Source of the DNA: Perkinsus olseni
Lineage: Eukaryota
DNA length: 53,879 bases
Direction: 5' to 3'
NCBI GenBank assembly: GCA_013115125.1
Contig: JABANN010000198.1
Span: 1 to 53,879, forward strand
A program made the position numbers and the translations under genes. The notes under the pieces were generated by a model. It saw only the letters and a list, made by a program, of their open reading frames with translations, was not told where the DNA came from and ran no database searches. Position 1 is the first letter of the stretch. The number at the start of each line of letters is the position of its first letter. Below, piece after piece: positions 8,673 to 21,141 of this stretch.

Positions 8673-11600
8673 TCAATCCTCGTCTTTTGCAGCACTCTGC
8701 TTGGCGAAGGAATTGAAAACATGCTCCAGCGTTGCCTGAGTAAGCTGGAAGTCGTCGTAACCGAGCCCTTGCTTCACGCTGGCGTCAGTCAGTCGAGTGA
8801 ACACTTCGCCAAGCTTCAGCTCTCTCGGGAGGCTGTACTCGCCAAAACCGTCTAGAGAAGCACATCCGGCGCCCAAATTTCCCTGCAGCCACCGCAGCAT
8901 ACGCTCGTGCACCTGCGCACGATGGACGCCTTCTGCAAGGGTCGGACCGCTAAACATTCGGACACCGTCTGGCTGAGGGGACCCGAGCAGCACTACGCAG
9001 TTTATGGCGCTGGAATCGGTGACACCTGACGAGCATGCACCACTATCAGCACGGTCGGGCAGAATTGCTCCTACCGTTGTCTTCAAGGAGCTCTCTAATC
9101 TCATCATCCGTACGCATGAGGTAGTCGCTCCTGTCACCCTTCTTTGCCGAAGATATCCTCCGCAGCGTCAAGGTTCTCTCACGGATGGGTGCCGGTATGA
9201 AATGAACTTGCAGCTTGTAACCAGCACCATACTCAGACTTGATCTGTTGTGAAGTCCCGAGGCATCGGAACTGACCATCGACCTACGACAACAGCAGTGA
9301 TATCGGAGATGCCTCGCCCCAACTTGTTGGTGAGACCTACTTGTATGACCATCTCATTACAAAGGGCGTCTGCTTCTTCCATGCTGTGCGTAGTGAGAAT
9401 CACCGCTGACCTCTTCGCGCGACCGTTTGCTATCTTATTTATCACGTTCCAGATATTCCTGATGGGAACCATGAAGGAAGGAACGTGACGCCGACTATGT
9501 TGGCACGGAGGAGGGTTACGAGGCGCATCATATCTGCATCCTCGGTACTCACCTTCTGGCTTCAGGGTCCACTCCAGTGGTGGGCTCATCGAGAAAGACT
9601 ATAGATGGATGGCCAATGAGGGCCATACCAACACACAGCTTCCTCTTGTTGCCTCCTGATAGTCTTGTCGCATATGAGTGGGCGTAGCGGCTGACCACAA
9701 ATAGGAGTAGACACACCTTCTGCAGGCTGCAACCATACCTCAGCTGTAAGATTTCCATCAGCTCTTTCACGTGGACCTTCATCATCCTCAGAGGCACTCC
9801 TCGGATAACTCCGTACCTGTTGGTGACAAGGAATGCAGAAAATGGATGCGCAAGAAAACTGACATAGTCAAATGCTCTTGCACTGTGAGACCATCGATTA
9901 GAGCATCTTGCTGCGGACAGTAGCCAATATTCTTGCGGGCCTGAATACGATGAAATCTTCGCTCGATCGGCTGGCCAATGGTGGTAATCGTGACCTCGTC
10001 AGTGTTTCCCGAGAGACTCCGGCCAGCCAGATAGATGTCACCAGCGGAAGGTTTCAGGAGACCGCAGAGCATCTTGAAGGTAGTAGTCTTGCCAGCGCCG
10101 TTAACGCCAAGCAGGCCGAAGATACCACCGTCCGCCAGAGCGTAGTTGAGACCACGCACGGCCCAGACCTGGGAAGAACAAGTACTGCGGCAATCAGCAT
10201 TTCTGCATCATTGAATGTTGCTACCTGCTTCTTCTTGTTGTGCTGATGGAAGACTTTCTTCAAGTTGCGTATATAAACCATCTGTGTCTCGGGATCGAGC
10301 GCTGCAACTCTTTTCTTCTCCTCAAGCACCCGATGATCCTCGAAGCCTAGCTTATCAGCCGGGACTACGACGTCCTTCTTAGTGTTCCAGCGGGTATTGC
10401 AGAGCCAGTAGTCCAGACAGATGGCCACGACTAGATAGAAGACTCCCATGATGAATAGCATAATGATATCATCGCCAGCGACGGCGGCACAGTAGTACCC
10501 CTGGCTGCCGGGTGTGGACCCTTCCACACAGTTGCCTGCTATCACTGAGGTCAGCGGCGGGACAACAACCCCGGAACGACCGTCGGGCGTTCGAACCATA
10601 CCAAGTGTGGCGAAAAACATCGTTGTGATGCCGTTGGCCAGAGGGAAGGAGGGGACCAGACGGAAGACCCACATGAGCGGTACCCCGGCAGGATTACGAA
10701 GACCACCGTAGAGAAGGAAGGCCACTACAAAAGAGCCAATCATACCGATGACCAGACCTATGCCAACTCTGATGTACGTCGCGATGGTCGTTGTTTTCGA
10801 TATCAATGACACGCAGTAGTTGAAGCCAGGAGCACAGAAACAGAAGCCCAGCAAGAGCAGCCAAGTGGCCGCCAGAGCCCTGCCGTGCAGGAAGAGGTCC
10901 AAGCCGTATATCTTGATAGAACTGAAGCAGAGTGCGGCGCATGCGAATATCGTTAGGAAGTCGTAGATCCAGCAGGATATCCAATACATAACGATGTTGC
11001 AACCACTGACGTACAACTGTTCCTTCACCAGAGAGGTCTTCTCCATCATAGCGTATGATAGCATGTTACTGGCTGCGATGATAAAGGCAATGACAAACAT
11101 ACCACCCAGAGAGAAGGACATCGACAGGTTGACCATGTCCGCGCTCTTCTGACCGTACGTGACCGGTAGAGGATGGTTCACTACAGTGGCATTGGGATGG
11201 TCCGTAGCCATTGCGTACGGGACCATATGCATGGCCGTCATATCAGCGAAGACTACTCGAGTAGTGATACCATACGCGGTAGTATCGAAAGTTGCGGTAT
11301 TATTGCCGAGCAACGATCTCGAGAAGGTTGTTACTGCCTTGCAGATTGCCTGATTCCTAGGGAATAGGGGATCGACCTTCTTCCTAGGGTTGGCCATGAA
11401 GTACCATGGTTGCATGTGCATGCACTCGACAAATTGGAAGAAGCTCAGCTTCTCTTTGGACAGATCAGTGATGACTTCCGTGTCACCAAAGACGGTCCGC
11501 AGCACCTGCGGTCGGTCATAGTCCCAATAGCCGCTGACGTGTGTTGATGGGCCAAGATCATACGGGCTATCGGTTGGCCCTAGGACCTTGGGGATAGGGT

Positions 11601-14600
11601 CCTTCAGAGCCAGCGAGGCCTTCTGTAGCCCAAGGAGAGCCAGAAGCACCAGGAAGGGTATGATGAAGCCAGTTAGGGTGGCACCCCACTTTCGGTAACC
11701 GTAGATTAGACGGCGAAGGGAAAGGATGAGAAACTGATTGAAGACGTTACGTCTCACTGGAATGTCGGCGTGGATCTTCGTCCGCTGAGCTTTGACGTCT
11801 TCTGGCGTTGGATTCTCCGTCTTGCTGCTCACCTGAGAAAATAGCACAGCAGTAAGCTCGAATGCGAAAAGTGACGGGAGCCACTGAATCATGGCGGAAC
11901 CGAACACACCAAGAGAAGCGGTTATTTCGGGTTAACTCAAAAACCGATTGCTCTAACATCGCTGTATAGACTCACCTTAAGGAAGACTTCCTCAAGATTG
12001 GTGACTGACACGCCATAGGAAGATATGCCGAGAGCCTCTTTGTCGGCATCCAAGCTCTGGAACATAGGGCCAAACTTATTCACGGCCTCGAAGGGTATCC
12101 GCAGGCCAAGCTCTAGACCAATGCTTGACACGACTGTGACTGGATAGTCACCACCGAGGCACTTGTCCACGCAGCTCAGTATGGGCTCGTCAGGGACGCT
12201 CTCCGCCGCTGTTTTGGCGATGGTAACGTTGTACCCACTACCTGTAGACGATCGTAAGAAACTTCTCATCGAACGCCGCAGCAGCAGGTACTGCTCGACG
12301 ATGAGCTTACCATAGTGGCGCTTGAGAAAGCTGGTAGATCCATAGGCAAGCAGCTTGCCATTTCCTATGATACCAACACGGTCGGCCAGGACATCAGCCT
12401 CGTCCATGTAATGTGTGGTGACACACATAATGCGTCCTTCTCGTTTGGCACGGAGGAAGTCCCACATGCTACGACGAGCACTGGGGTCCATACCGCTCGA
12501 TGGCTCATCCAGAATGACTACTTTAGGGTCGCCAACAAAGGCTACCCCTACTGACAGCTTCCTTTGCATACCACCTAATACAGAGAAAACATGTCAAAGT
12601 CTACGTCGGTGATGAGTGACGTTAAATCAGGATCGCCCTGGCTCGCCGAGGGCCATAGAGCACTGTACCACTGTATAACCAATCTGTGTGTTATTGACCA
12701 TCCTAACGCGATAGCCGGTAACGAAAGTCCGACCGCCATATGTCATGATGAGTGCTTCGATATACGCGAAGTCACCCACTGCGAGTAGCTTACCGGAAAG
12801 AGTCTTCGCCTTAGCGTTGTACTTCATGCCAAGGCCAACTTCATCTGCCAGTTTCTTCGACCCATCCGTCTTGAGCCCTCGGATCCTCGCGAAGAGATCT
12901 AGATGCTCCTTGACTGTGAGGTCACCCCAAAGGACGTTATGCTGTAGACACACACCCATGCTACGCCGAATCAACGGCATATCATCTGGCACTCTGTGGT
13001 TGAAGATACGGACATCCTGAAGTGATATTACCATAAAGGATACGCAAGACATGAGTAAATGTGGCAGTAGAGAAGACGAGGAAGTTGATGCTAGTGCGTA
13101 GAGCTCATTGGTTAACCTATCCGTTGTTATACCACAACTCCATTCCATTCCATCACCATGAGTGACTCCTGCTGATGAGTCAAGGTATCGGTATCTTATA
13201 TGACATCATCGAGTATGGTCATGGTCCATGAGCATACTCAATGCCATCACTGCGTTTATATACTCATTCGCTCCGTAGCGGGTCAAATGCATCGAAGAAG
13301 AGACTGTACGAGAGACTTTGCGGGAGACAGGAGCAAGGACTTTCTACAGTGTAGGTTATTCGGGATATCCGTGAGCATCCAAGGCTCGTCTAGTGAAGAT
13401 GCCCTGGCTGGCTCCTCCCACTTACTCCGCTTGTAGGCTTCACGACACCAGAGAGAACGTTGATGGTAGTGGACTTCCCTGCACCATTATGGCCGAGGAG
13501 GACGAAGAGCTCATCTCGGAACATCTCCAGGTCCAGACCATTAACTGCGTTGATACTACCAGACGGAGTCTTGAACCGGACCTAGGGACGGAGATCTGAC
13601 CGTATGCCGAAATTAGCTACGACTCACCTTGAGGTCGTGTACATCAACTGTTTGGCCCTCTCGTAGTAGCTCCAGCTGTTGCTGATCCCAAGTCTTTTCG
13701 ATACCACTCACTTCGTCCGGGTTAACCTCCTCAGCATCACCATCACCGCTAGAATTACGACGAGACTTTCGCGTCACGTCGCGACCTAGTATCTCATCCC
13801 AGTAACTTTTTTGGAAGGGGAAGTACCACTTCCTCGTAGCCCGATACTCATGGGGGATAACTTGGTCGAGGTAGAGATAGACCAGCGTCCAAACAAAGAA
13901 GCCAACAATGAGCATAACTACTCCTATGGTGAGGTCGAACCCGTGGTTCACGACGCTGGCTGAAATATTAGTAATACCGATACCAAACTGGTATCCAATA
14001 TTATTGCAAATCATAGTGAAGGTACATTGAGGGAAGAGGGATATGCCCCAAAGGGGCTGCTCCCGACCGAAGAGGGCCAGAGTAAAGGCGATGATGTAAT
14101 AGATAGCACATGTGAATACTGCACCAGAATTGGGACTAGAAAACAAGGTTGAAACCGCAAACGTGAACGCCATCGAGGAGAGCTGATCTAGGAAGGCTAG
14201 TAGGAAGAGCCAGAGGGAGCCGGTGATAGGCAGCATCCATAGAGAGAAGAGGAAGACTATGAGGGCTATGACGAAGTAGAATGCAAAGTACCATAGATAC
14301 CAAGACACGATGTAAGGGTAGTCCTTCAGGCCCATTACACGCATACCTGATCAGAGACAACGAGCTTCCATTCACCACCGGAGGAACTCGCGTGAGAGGG
14401 GCGAGATAGACGGAAAAGTGAGAGGAACTCTATCCGGAGTGTTGGACCGAACTCTAGGCTCAATGGGCTATGGGAAGTTCCTGGTATTCGAGGAGCCTTG
14501 AATTCACCACTGGACTAGCGAGAACAAGTACCACCGCACTTGTGTTCTACATAGAATGAAGCAAGCTTTACGGCAACTTCCTGAAAATTGCAGATCTCAA

Positions 14601-16219
14601 CACAAGATGGGATGAATCTCTCTTTGTCATGCAATTTTCCGGTCCAATTTTCACTTATTTCGGATAACGTTCCTCTACACCCGATAATGTCACTAGTACC
14701 ACCACTAATACTACCTTCCCTGAGCCTTCCAGATCTCTCTGCAATCAGTTTCCGCGCCACCGCAAAGGAAGGGAACATGTAGAAGAGTACACCAAACATA
14801 CTGGCCAAGCCCCGGAAGGCCTCACCAGCCGCCACAGTCTTGTACGCTCGATACGGCATCGGAAACTGCCCCAGATATATCGTACCATTGCCACCACTTT
14901 TGAAGTCATCAAGAACTGCCTGTATAATGGCAAAGCCCATATCAGCGTAGTACTCAGGGCCGTTGTCATTAGGATCTCCCCGTTGGATCTGCTCATTCTC
15001 TCCCCACCAAAGAGTGTTGTATCGGGAGTATTTACTCTTCACCGTACCATTGCCTCTGATGATGGGCTCATCAAGATCCTCCAAATCTATGTATGCACAG
15101 AGGCGATCCTGATAGTCCGTCTGGCTGACTCTAGTCTTACTGTAGCTACCGTAGTCAACTAACCGTACCACTCCATCCGGATCTCGTAAAGTAGTCGTTA
15201 CTATCGGCCGAGACTCCATCTCGTTCAACACCTTGCACTCCGGAAAGGTCCATGTAGTATTCTTATCATCATATCCGAGTATACCAGCATAGCTATCTGC
15301 CTTCACCCGCGCTGGGTACTTATCCCATTCCGAAAATTGCTCTCGTATATACTCCGCGAACTCCATTGCATTCTTGTTGCCACTTGGGCCGATCGCCAGC
15401 GTTTTACAGAAACAGAAATCATACAGAGCCAGAGAGTTGATACGGGTGAATCGGTCGTGGTACTTGGGATCTGGCGCGGAGGCATTGTACAGAGGATCGT
15501 AGGCTATCTTCTGATACAGATTGACCCCTTCTCGCGCTGGCACTGCGGGTAGAGTCTCTCTAGTGGTACTATTATAGTCGACGGTGAACTCGAAGGGATA
15601 CGGCTGGCCCGGCTGAGAAGAGAGACAACTGTGCACTGGCGGCAACCGACTGAGAATGCATCGAAGGACTGTTCCAAGTCTCATCACACCCACCATCTCC
15701 GACAAGCCTTATCGGATTACTATACGGAAGCAAGATACCTCAGCGAGGCAGTGAGTCCCTAAGTATTACTGTAGTGATTGGTTCTAGTGTACCAGAGTTG
15801 ATGATGGGGACCAAGAGGAGGGCGGCGAAGGATACGATGACTGGTATGATGAATTCGCAGATGACTGATACTTTCGATCGTCGTGCCAGTAGGAAGTTCT
15901 TCCACCATAAAGCCGCTATCTGAGCATCCACAACAGCAACTTGAGCTTCTCAGCAGCGGGGCTGCCACGCCACCGGATCGAGTACTGTAGGGCTCTGACT
16001 CTCGACCACCCGCACTACCTGAGAGCGGCGCAAGGCCCGAGATCTCATTTTCTCCTTCTTGCCATCTTCACACGTCGATGCTCCATCGCTACTCGGCCGT
16101 GAAGACACCGGAGACGATGAAGTGTCTAAGAGGAGTTGTGGGCGTCGGTGGTCATCAGCCATACTGCTGCCATCATCCTTTGGGCACTTGACTGATGATG
16201 GGCTCGACGTAGTCATCAT
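8673..16219 (-). CDS. ABCA: ABC transporter subfamily A, full-length (TMD-NBD x2), multi-exon
   Basis: ABCA N-terminal motif [17 protein letters not shown]1: [44 protein letters not shown]2: [41 protein letters not shown]-terminal TLEHVF. Start ATG is my best guess. Confidence 0.95.
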
Positions 16220-16442
16220 AACGAAAATTGGGTTAGTCGAACTGCAAACATCAAGGGGATACACGCATGGAGAAGTAGAAGGCCACCGTGACCAGTCGAA
16301 GCTGCTCTGGCAAAACGGCTGCAACTAGTTCACCAACAGCGTCTCCAGAAAGTTCAATTAAGCCGACAAGCGAGCATTACCTACTTGAACGCAACAGCAT
16401 GCTACTGTGGACACCCCTCTCACAACGCAAGCATGAGTAACA

Positions 16443-17444
16443 TTAACTATCCATGTGCCCCTGCTGGGCAACACCCTTAATGTGATGATATCGTCCATGT
16501 TGAGAATCTTTCCAAGCTCTCATGATCTGAGAACATCGGCAGATTCACGTCGCTCAGTATGTGCTCAGCCAATTGGCCAAGCCAAGGGAATCTCATTGGT
16601 GATGTTGCACCGCGACCTCATAACAACTACCTTGCCACCTTCTTTCTGCCATTCATCCATCCGCCTCTGCTGTGCCTCGTCCCTGTCCATAGCCTGTTGA
16701 AGTTTGATAGCTTGGGCTACTCTATTGGCATTAGCAAATACTTGGCCGAATACGTTGTCACTGTACTTGCCTGGGATGTACCCGCCGTAGCTGTAATGAG
16801 CATCACTACAGCTACGGCGGCCAGAAACAATAGACCCTTACCCGGGTATATCGGCTCCTGACCGATCTCCTAATCCCCCTGGATTCTGCCCTCTGCCTGA
16901 AAGAGGACGATAAGAGGTGCATCATAGAAAGGGAGACCAAGTGCCATAATCATTACATGTACGTGCGGCAAGCTGAGGATCTCTGTAAAGTGCTAGCTCG
17001 TTGGCCCTCCGGAAGCTGGCGCCAATAACATTTTCTGGCCACTTCCTAGGTACGTATCCTGTATACCCAGGGATGCCAGTAAGAGCGTAGCAACCTGAAC
17101 AACAAGCCACTTCCAGAGCACAGAGGGATGGCCTGTTCACCTATTTGAGGCAGGAAGCCTGTACTGCGTGATCTACTGAGTGGGTAGTAGCCAGGACCAT
17201 CGGCAGTCTCCTCGTACCACTCCCAGCCATCATCGTCCGAGGACGGGCTCTTCGGCGACGAGCTTGACTGAAATGTACGACAGGGACTACTACTAGCATG
17301 TCGTGGTGGTATTACTCGTGTCTTCCTCGTGGAACGACTAGATGAGCGTGACTTTATGGACCTAGCTGCTACTGATGATGCGTTGCTGAGTCTGGAAGTG
17401 CTGATAGACTTAGAAACCCTTCTGGTGGAGTTGGAAGAGGACAT
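16443..17444 (-). CDS. PYG-repeat protein, FAM166/CIMIP2-like microtubule inner protein, multi-exon
   Basis: Ser/Arg-rich N-terminus followed by IPGYTGYVPRKWPENVIGASF and IPG|YGGYIPGKYSDNVFGQVF repeats. 3' end uncertain (alternative stop at 16565). Confidence 0.6.
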
Positions 17445-17899
17445 ACTAACAATGGGACTCTTGATAGCCACTGCTATTCTTCTCTATTCGAGTATCCCCG
17501 TGTTGATGACGCGAGTATAGCTAGTATCTCTTACTATCGAATACCTTCCTGTGGTATGCGAGGGAGGGTTGATGATGACAGGGGTGTAGGTCCATCGTCC
17601 TTCATTGTGTCAGACCATGGGACAGTTGCAGCGCGGCGAAGCTCGTCGCTGAGCAGTCACCTCTTGCAGTTTTGTTTCGCTCCAACAGCACTCAGGCCAC
17701 CTCTGTGCTTACTACGTTACCGTCAATCTACACTGTCTGCATGTCCCGCTAATGCTCGTGAAGAAGCTAACTTTCACGTCTTTAGCTTCGGCACATCACT
17801 GTGGATCATACTGGACTTTTTCATGCATTTAGGTTAATTTTTTTCGTGCAATTTTGTCGCGCCGTCCAGCGGCACTCAGCGTATACAGCTACACCAAAA

Positions 17900-19714
17900 A
17901 TGCTGTCTTGCACTCGGAACGCTCTAACCGTGGCCAGCAGGGCCCAAGTGGCAGTACTTAGTCGCTGCGCTAGGGCCTTCGCCACTAAGGCGGACCAAGT
18001 GGAAGATATAGAATATAGCAGACCGGTAAGATGGGGGTTCATCATGGTTCAGCTCGGAATAGGTAGAGCTTAGGGTTGTAAACATGCGCTGAATGGGAGG
18101 ATCTCTGATGGAAAGTTTCAGTCGTTCGGTTGAGTGGTTGTGGTGAGAGAATTTTCGGGGTCAGTCGTGAAAGTTGCGAAGAGTATCCGGGGGTTGAGCG
18201 CGAATGATACAAAATAGGTCAGGGTTGAGTGTATGATGAGATCTTAATGTTGCTCTTGAATGTGTTCAGGCCTATTTCGATAATGGTGCTACGACTGTTA
18301 TGGATCCCCGAGTACTTGATGCCATGCTGCCTTACTTCTCAAACATGTGAGTCCCCTCCTCTTGGTCTCCTCTTGTTCATCGTTCCCATCATCACCAGGT
18401 ACGGCAACCCCCACAGCCGAAGTCATGCCTACGGTTGGGAGGCCGATGATGCTTGTGAGCATGCTAGAGACCAAGTGGCCAACTTGATAGGGGCTAATTC
18501 CAAGGAGATCATATTCACCAGCGGTGCTACCGAGTCTAACAATCTCGCCTTGAAGGGTGTCACCAACTACGCCAAGTAATGAGAGTCCGCTTACTAGCGT
18601 CTTCGACGTTCGCCTAGCGTTCACTCTTCAGGACTAAGACTGGCAAGAAGCACGTCATTACCACTCAGATTGAGCATAAGTGTGTGTTGGCCAGTGCCCG
18701 TGCCTTGGCTGAGCAGAATGACGATGTTGACGTTACGTACCTGCCTGTGAATCATGAGGGTCTGATCGACCTCCAACAGCTCGAGGATACCATCAGGCCT
18801 GGCGAGACTGTCCTAGTCAGCGTGATGGCTGTGAACAACGAGATTGGTGTCGAGCAGCCGTTGAAGAAGATCGGTGAGATCTGCAGGAAGCACGGTGTCT
18901 ACTTCCATACGGACTGCGCCCAGGCTGTTGGCAAGATCCCATTGGACGTCAATGACATGAACATTGATCTGATGAGTATCTCTGGCCATAAGGTGTATGG
19001 TCCTAAGGGAGTTGGTGCTCTCTATGTGAGACGCAGACATCCACGTGTCCGTATGCGCCCTATCATTGATGGTGGTGGACAGGAGCGTGGTCTGCGTTCT
19101 GGCACTCTGGCTACTCCTAATGTTGTGGGCTTTGGTGCTGCCTGTCAGATCTGCCAGAAGGAGATGGACAGAGATAAGGAGCATGTGTCGAGGTTGGCTC
19201 GGAAGCTCTTGGATGGTATTAGAGGCCATCTGCCTAAGGTCATCCTCAATGGAAGTGAGACTGAAAGGTATTGCGCAGAGGGCTACTCGGCCATCGCTGG
19301 GTTCATGTTTCTTTTGCTAGGTATTTCGGTAACGTCAACCTCTCCTTCTCTGCCGTTGAAGGAGAGTCCCTTTTGATGGCCCTTAACAAGGACCTTTGCG
19401 TATCTAGTGGTTCAGCATGCACTAGTGCCAGTCTTGAGCCTAGCTACGTCCTTCGTGCTATCGGCGTCGGCGATGACTTAGCCCATACTAGTCTTAGGTG
19501 AGCGCTCTATACTCCCCTTCATGGTGGCTCTGTTCATCCTCTCCTCTATGTTAGATTCGGTATTGGCCGTTTCACTACTGATGAGGAGGTTGACAATGCT
19601 ATTGCGAAGGTGATCGAGCAGGTGACCAACCTGCGTGAGTTGTCCCCTCTCTGGGAGATGATGGTGGAAGCTGAGGAGAGCGGAGAGCCTCTGCCCAAAG
19701 TTGCCTGGAGCTAA
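17900..19714 (+). CDS. NFS1: Mitochondrial cysteine desulfurase (IscS/Nfs1), multi-exon
   Basis: Transit-peptide-like N-terminus; [48 protein letters not shown] (PLP Lys), [29 protein letters not shown] (catalytic Cys), [12 protein letters not shown] at 19712. Confidence 0.97.
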
Positions 19715-20161
19715 ATGCGAAGGCTTAACCTTGTCTCTGGCTCTGTGTGTATGTAAGGAATCTTGCAGTCTCGCAATTCCTCAACGAAGATTCAGTTTGG
19801 GCAAGAGAGGAGTACTCTAGTAGATTAGTAGCTGACGAGCTTGTTTGTTCTTCTTCATCTTGTTCCATCATCGTCAGCGGTATCATCAGACTTATTACAC
19901 TTGCAATGACAACAACACCCCCTCCCCTCATTCGGGACATCGATAGTGTCCCTATGTTGATGGCATTAAACATACTGTCACTGAGATTTTTTCTTCGTTG
20001 TGGAATGGGACGCCTTTCTGGACATTGTGTTGGGTGCGCGCATCTTTGGTCGAAGCTGGGAAGATATGAGTGAGGTCGCGGAGATGGAGTCTTTCAGTTG
20101 TTAGTTGAGTTTTTTCTCCTGCTCATAGAGCTTCACTTCACCAGTAACTGCTACTAACAAG

Positions 20162-20754
20162 ATGCGTTCTTTCAATGCCTTCTTCGTTTTCTGCATCGTT
20201 GCAGTTCTCTCCGTCTTCGGCCAGGAGCAATCTGTGGCTTCCGTAAGATCCTCACCTTGTGTACAATCATCTCACCGTCCCATCTCAGGAAGTAGCCGTC
20301 CCCGTGGCCGCCGCCCCTGCTGAGCAGTTTGGCCAGGCCAAGCCTCTTCTTAGTGAGCAGCAGCAGCAGCAGAAGGAGGAGGAGGAGCAACATGAGGAGG
20401 TAGGCTGTGCCCCCCCGTCGGAGCCTCCCTGTGTCATTCTCTGCTCTTATTAGATTATCGAGGAGGTGCAGGTCGCCCTCGCCAAGTCTGGTTGGATGAA
20501 GCGTGTTGTGACCCCTACCTTCCTTGCCGGCACTTTTGTTACGTAAGTTTCTCACCAGTCGTTCTCTATGCCATGCATCCATCATCGCGGCCTTCTCAGT
20601 ATCATAATGTTCGTGGTGGTGTGGATTGGTACCTGCTGTCTGTATGACATCAGAACTCCTGACAAGTTCGCCACCAAGGCCATGAACATTCATAAGGAGT
20701 AAACCCTTCACGCTAGACTCTTACATGCACTCATTATCCTGCCTTAGGTACTAA
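20162..20754 (+). CDS. Small type-I membrane protein, V-ATPase Ac45/Voa1 (ATP6AP1)-like C-terminal TM module, 5 exons
   Basis: Signal peptide MRSFNAFFVFCIVAVLSVFG, short acidic Q/E linker, then VTPTFLAGTFVTIIMFVVVWIGTCCLYDIRTPDKFATKAMNIHKEY*. All joins GT-AG and in frame. Confidence 0.65.
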
Positions 20755-21141
20755 GTAACTCTATCATCAGAGTCGTAGTGATGAAAGTGTGTGGTCATAA
20801 GGCCCGCTTCCGATTCCTCTCCCACTACCCAGATGCTAAGACTGCAGGGTGAAGAGGTCCGCCATTAGATGGTGCTTCCTCTTGCTGTACTGCCGTCCGA
20901 TTTTCTTCCTTATCGGTTGCTTCTCGTCGTCATAGTTCACTCGTGTCTAGATGGGCTAGTCGTATCGCGGTGTATGCTAGAGTCCAGTGTGTGGTACTGA
21001 GTGATCGAGAAGAGCAACAACAACAGTTACTATTGACTTCACTAGTGTATTTGTCTTGTGTTGAGTGGTTATACACAGCGGAAAGGAGAGACCCGGATGA
21101 GTAGTTTTTGATATCATCATCACCCACTACCACCACCCTGA

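Noticed and set aside
19433-19448. Resemblance to the dinoflagellate/Perkinsus spliced leader (CGTAGC..GGCTCAAG on minus; also CCGTAGCCAT at ~11202)
   Set aside because: Only partial matches, lying inside conserved coding exons (NFS1 LEPSYV; ABCA).
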